A stretch of DNA of 60,142 nt, counting the filler, from Globobulimina sp. (lineage: Eukaryota), in the NCBI GenBank assembly GCA_003354225.1. It is 9 parts of 9 records of this genome, joined end to end, with 100 filler letters (N's around TTAATTAATTAA, not from the genome) between each part and the next. Parts side by side here need not be neighbours in the genome. Positions count along the whole stretch, not along the records: positions 53,565 to 60,142 come from PIVH01000273.1; 8 more parts are not named here. One strand, 5' to 3'. Position 1 is the stretch's first letter. Each line of letters opens with the position of its first letter. Below the pieces are notes generated by a model that was not told the origin of the DNA, did not search any database, and saw only the letters and a list, made by a program, of their open reading frames with translations. Below, piece after piece: positions 59,622 through 60,142 of the stretch. A program made the translations under genes and the position numbers.

Positions 59622-60142
59622 TTACAATCTGAAATAGCGTGAACTTTTACGTGCATCATCTCTCTCTCTCATTACATTACTACTCAAACTATGTTGCTCT
59701 TTCTTGCTTTTACTGAAACTGTGTTGATCTGTTTTGAGTTTTATAATATCCGAAGCAGTCGATGTTAGTGTCGCATCCATAAAATCATGATTCGTTCTCG
59801 CTGTTCCAGTTCGAGTTGTAGAATCACTGTAAATTCCATCAGTCTCATCACCAATTAATTGAGCAGTAGAAGTAGTTGAAAGTCTGGATTTATTCTCATA
59901 CCACAACCCGTTGTTTAACATGCATGCTGGCACCGAAAATCTCCTGGTTGCTTCAAAAAAATCTTTCCTATCTCTTTTATTTACAATTAATACGCATTTG
60001 GAATGATTTGAATCAAAAAATGTGGCAAATAATATTAATAACATCACAAAATCAACCTGAAAATAACATTCTTTCTCTAATTCAATAAACCATGCTGGAC
60101 ATTTATTATTTACAGCGTCAATATCAAATTGTATAAAGAATA
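59622..60142 (-). CDS. C-terminal fragment of a membrane protein
   Basis: Frame open to the window end (..FIQFDID..YFQVDFVMLLILFATFF..), followed by a Ser/Thr-rich tail. Confidence 0.4.
   Translation of the reverse strand, partial: FFIQFDIDAVNNKCPAWFIELEKECYFQVDFVMLLILFATFFDSNHSKCVLIVNKRDRKDFFEATRRFSVPACMLNNGLWYENKSRLSTTSTAQLIGDETDGIYSDSTTRTGTARTNHDFMDATLTSTASDIIKLKTDQHSFSKSKKEQHSLSSNVMRERDDARKSSRYFRL

Noticed and set aside
1-60142. rRNA, tRNA or other structured RNA genes
   Set aside because: None recognised by eye; a covariance-model search would be needed to exclude them.

Overview
This window is not one locus. It is nine unrelated ~6.6-kb contigs (6609, 6608, 6599, 6596, 6596, 6588, 6587, 6581, 6578 nt; size-sorted) joined by eight artificial 100-nt linkers (N44-TTAATTAATTAA-N44). 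The DNA is from an AT-rich eukaryote: most genes are split by short GT-AG introns (~50-160 nt) whose removal restores the reading frame. The gene-family style suggests a foraminiferan/rhizarian protist (inference). Contents by contig: (1) a 7-exon, ~899-aa Mutator-like DDE transposase with D..D..CxxH..E intact, plus a co-oriented gene with a Bro-N-like segment and an RG tail; (2) a >1,880-aa single-pass receptor with a cytoplasmic caspase-like (C14) domain and intact His/Cys dyad; (3) CTR9 and a DUF1295 membrane protein; (4) repeat DNA (a 1.5-kb element with 90-bp inverted repeats, dispersed and tandem repeats, a C2H2 pseudogene); (5) a TRP-type channel fused to EF-hands and WWE-like domains; (6) a divergent tubulin fragment, an ABCB half-transporter with a Zn-finger insert, and a 2OG-Fe(II) oxygenase with one in-frame TGA; (7) a dsRBD protein, isopentenyl-phosphate kinase and a membrane-anchored GH18 chitinase; (8) a ZnF-UBP/class II HDAC head-to-head with a ~1,234-aa Argonaute/Piwi-like protein whose slicer residues are substituted; (9) TPR, coiled-coil, MATE and TLC proteins. 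The best candidates for undescribed biology are the receptor-caspase, the non-catalytic Argonaute (and its pairing with the HDAC), the WWE/EF-hand TRP channel and the intron-rich Mutator-like element. All family calls are by-eye motif recognition; no searches were run.
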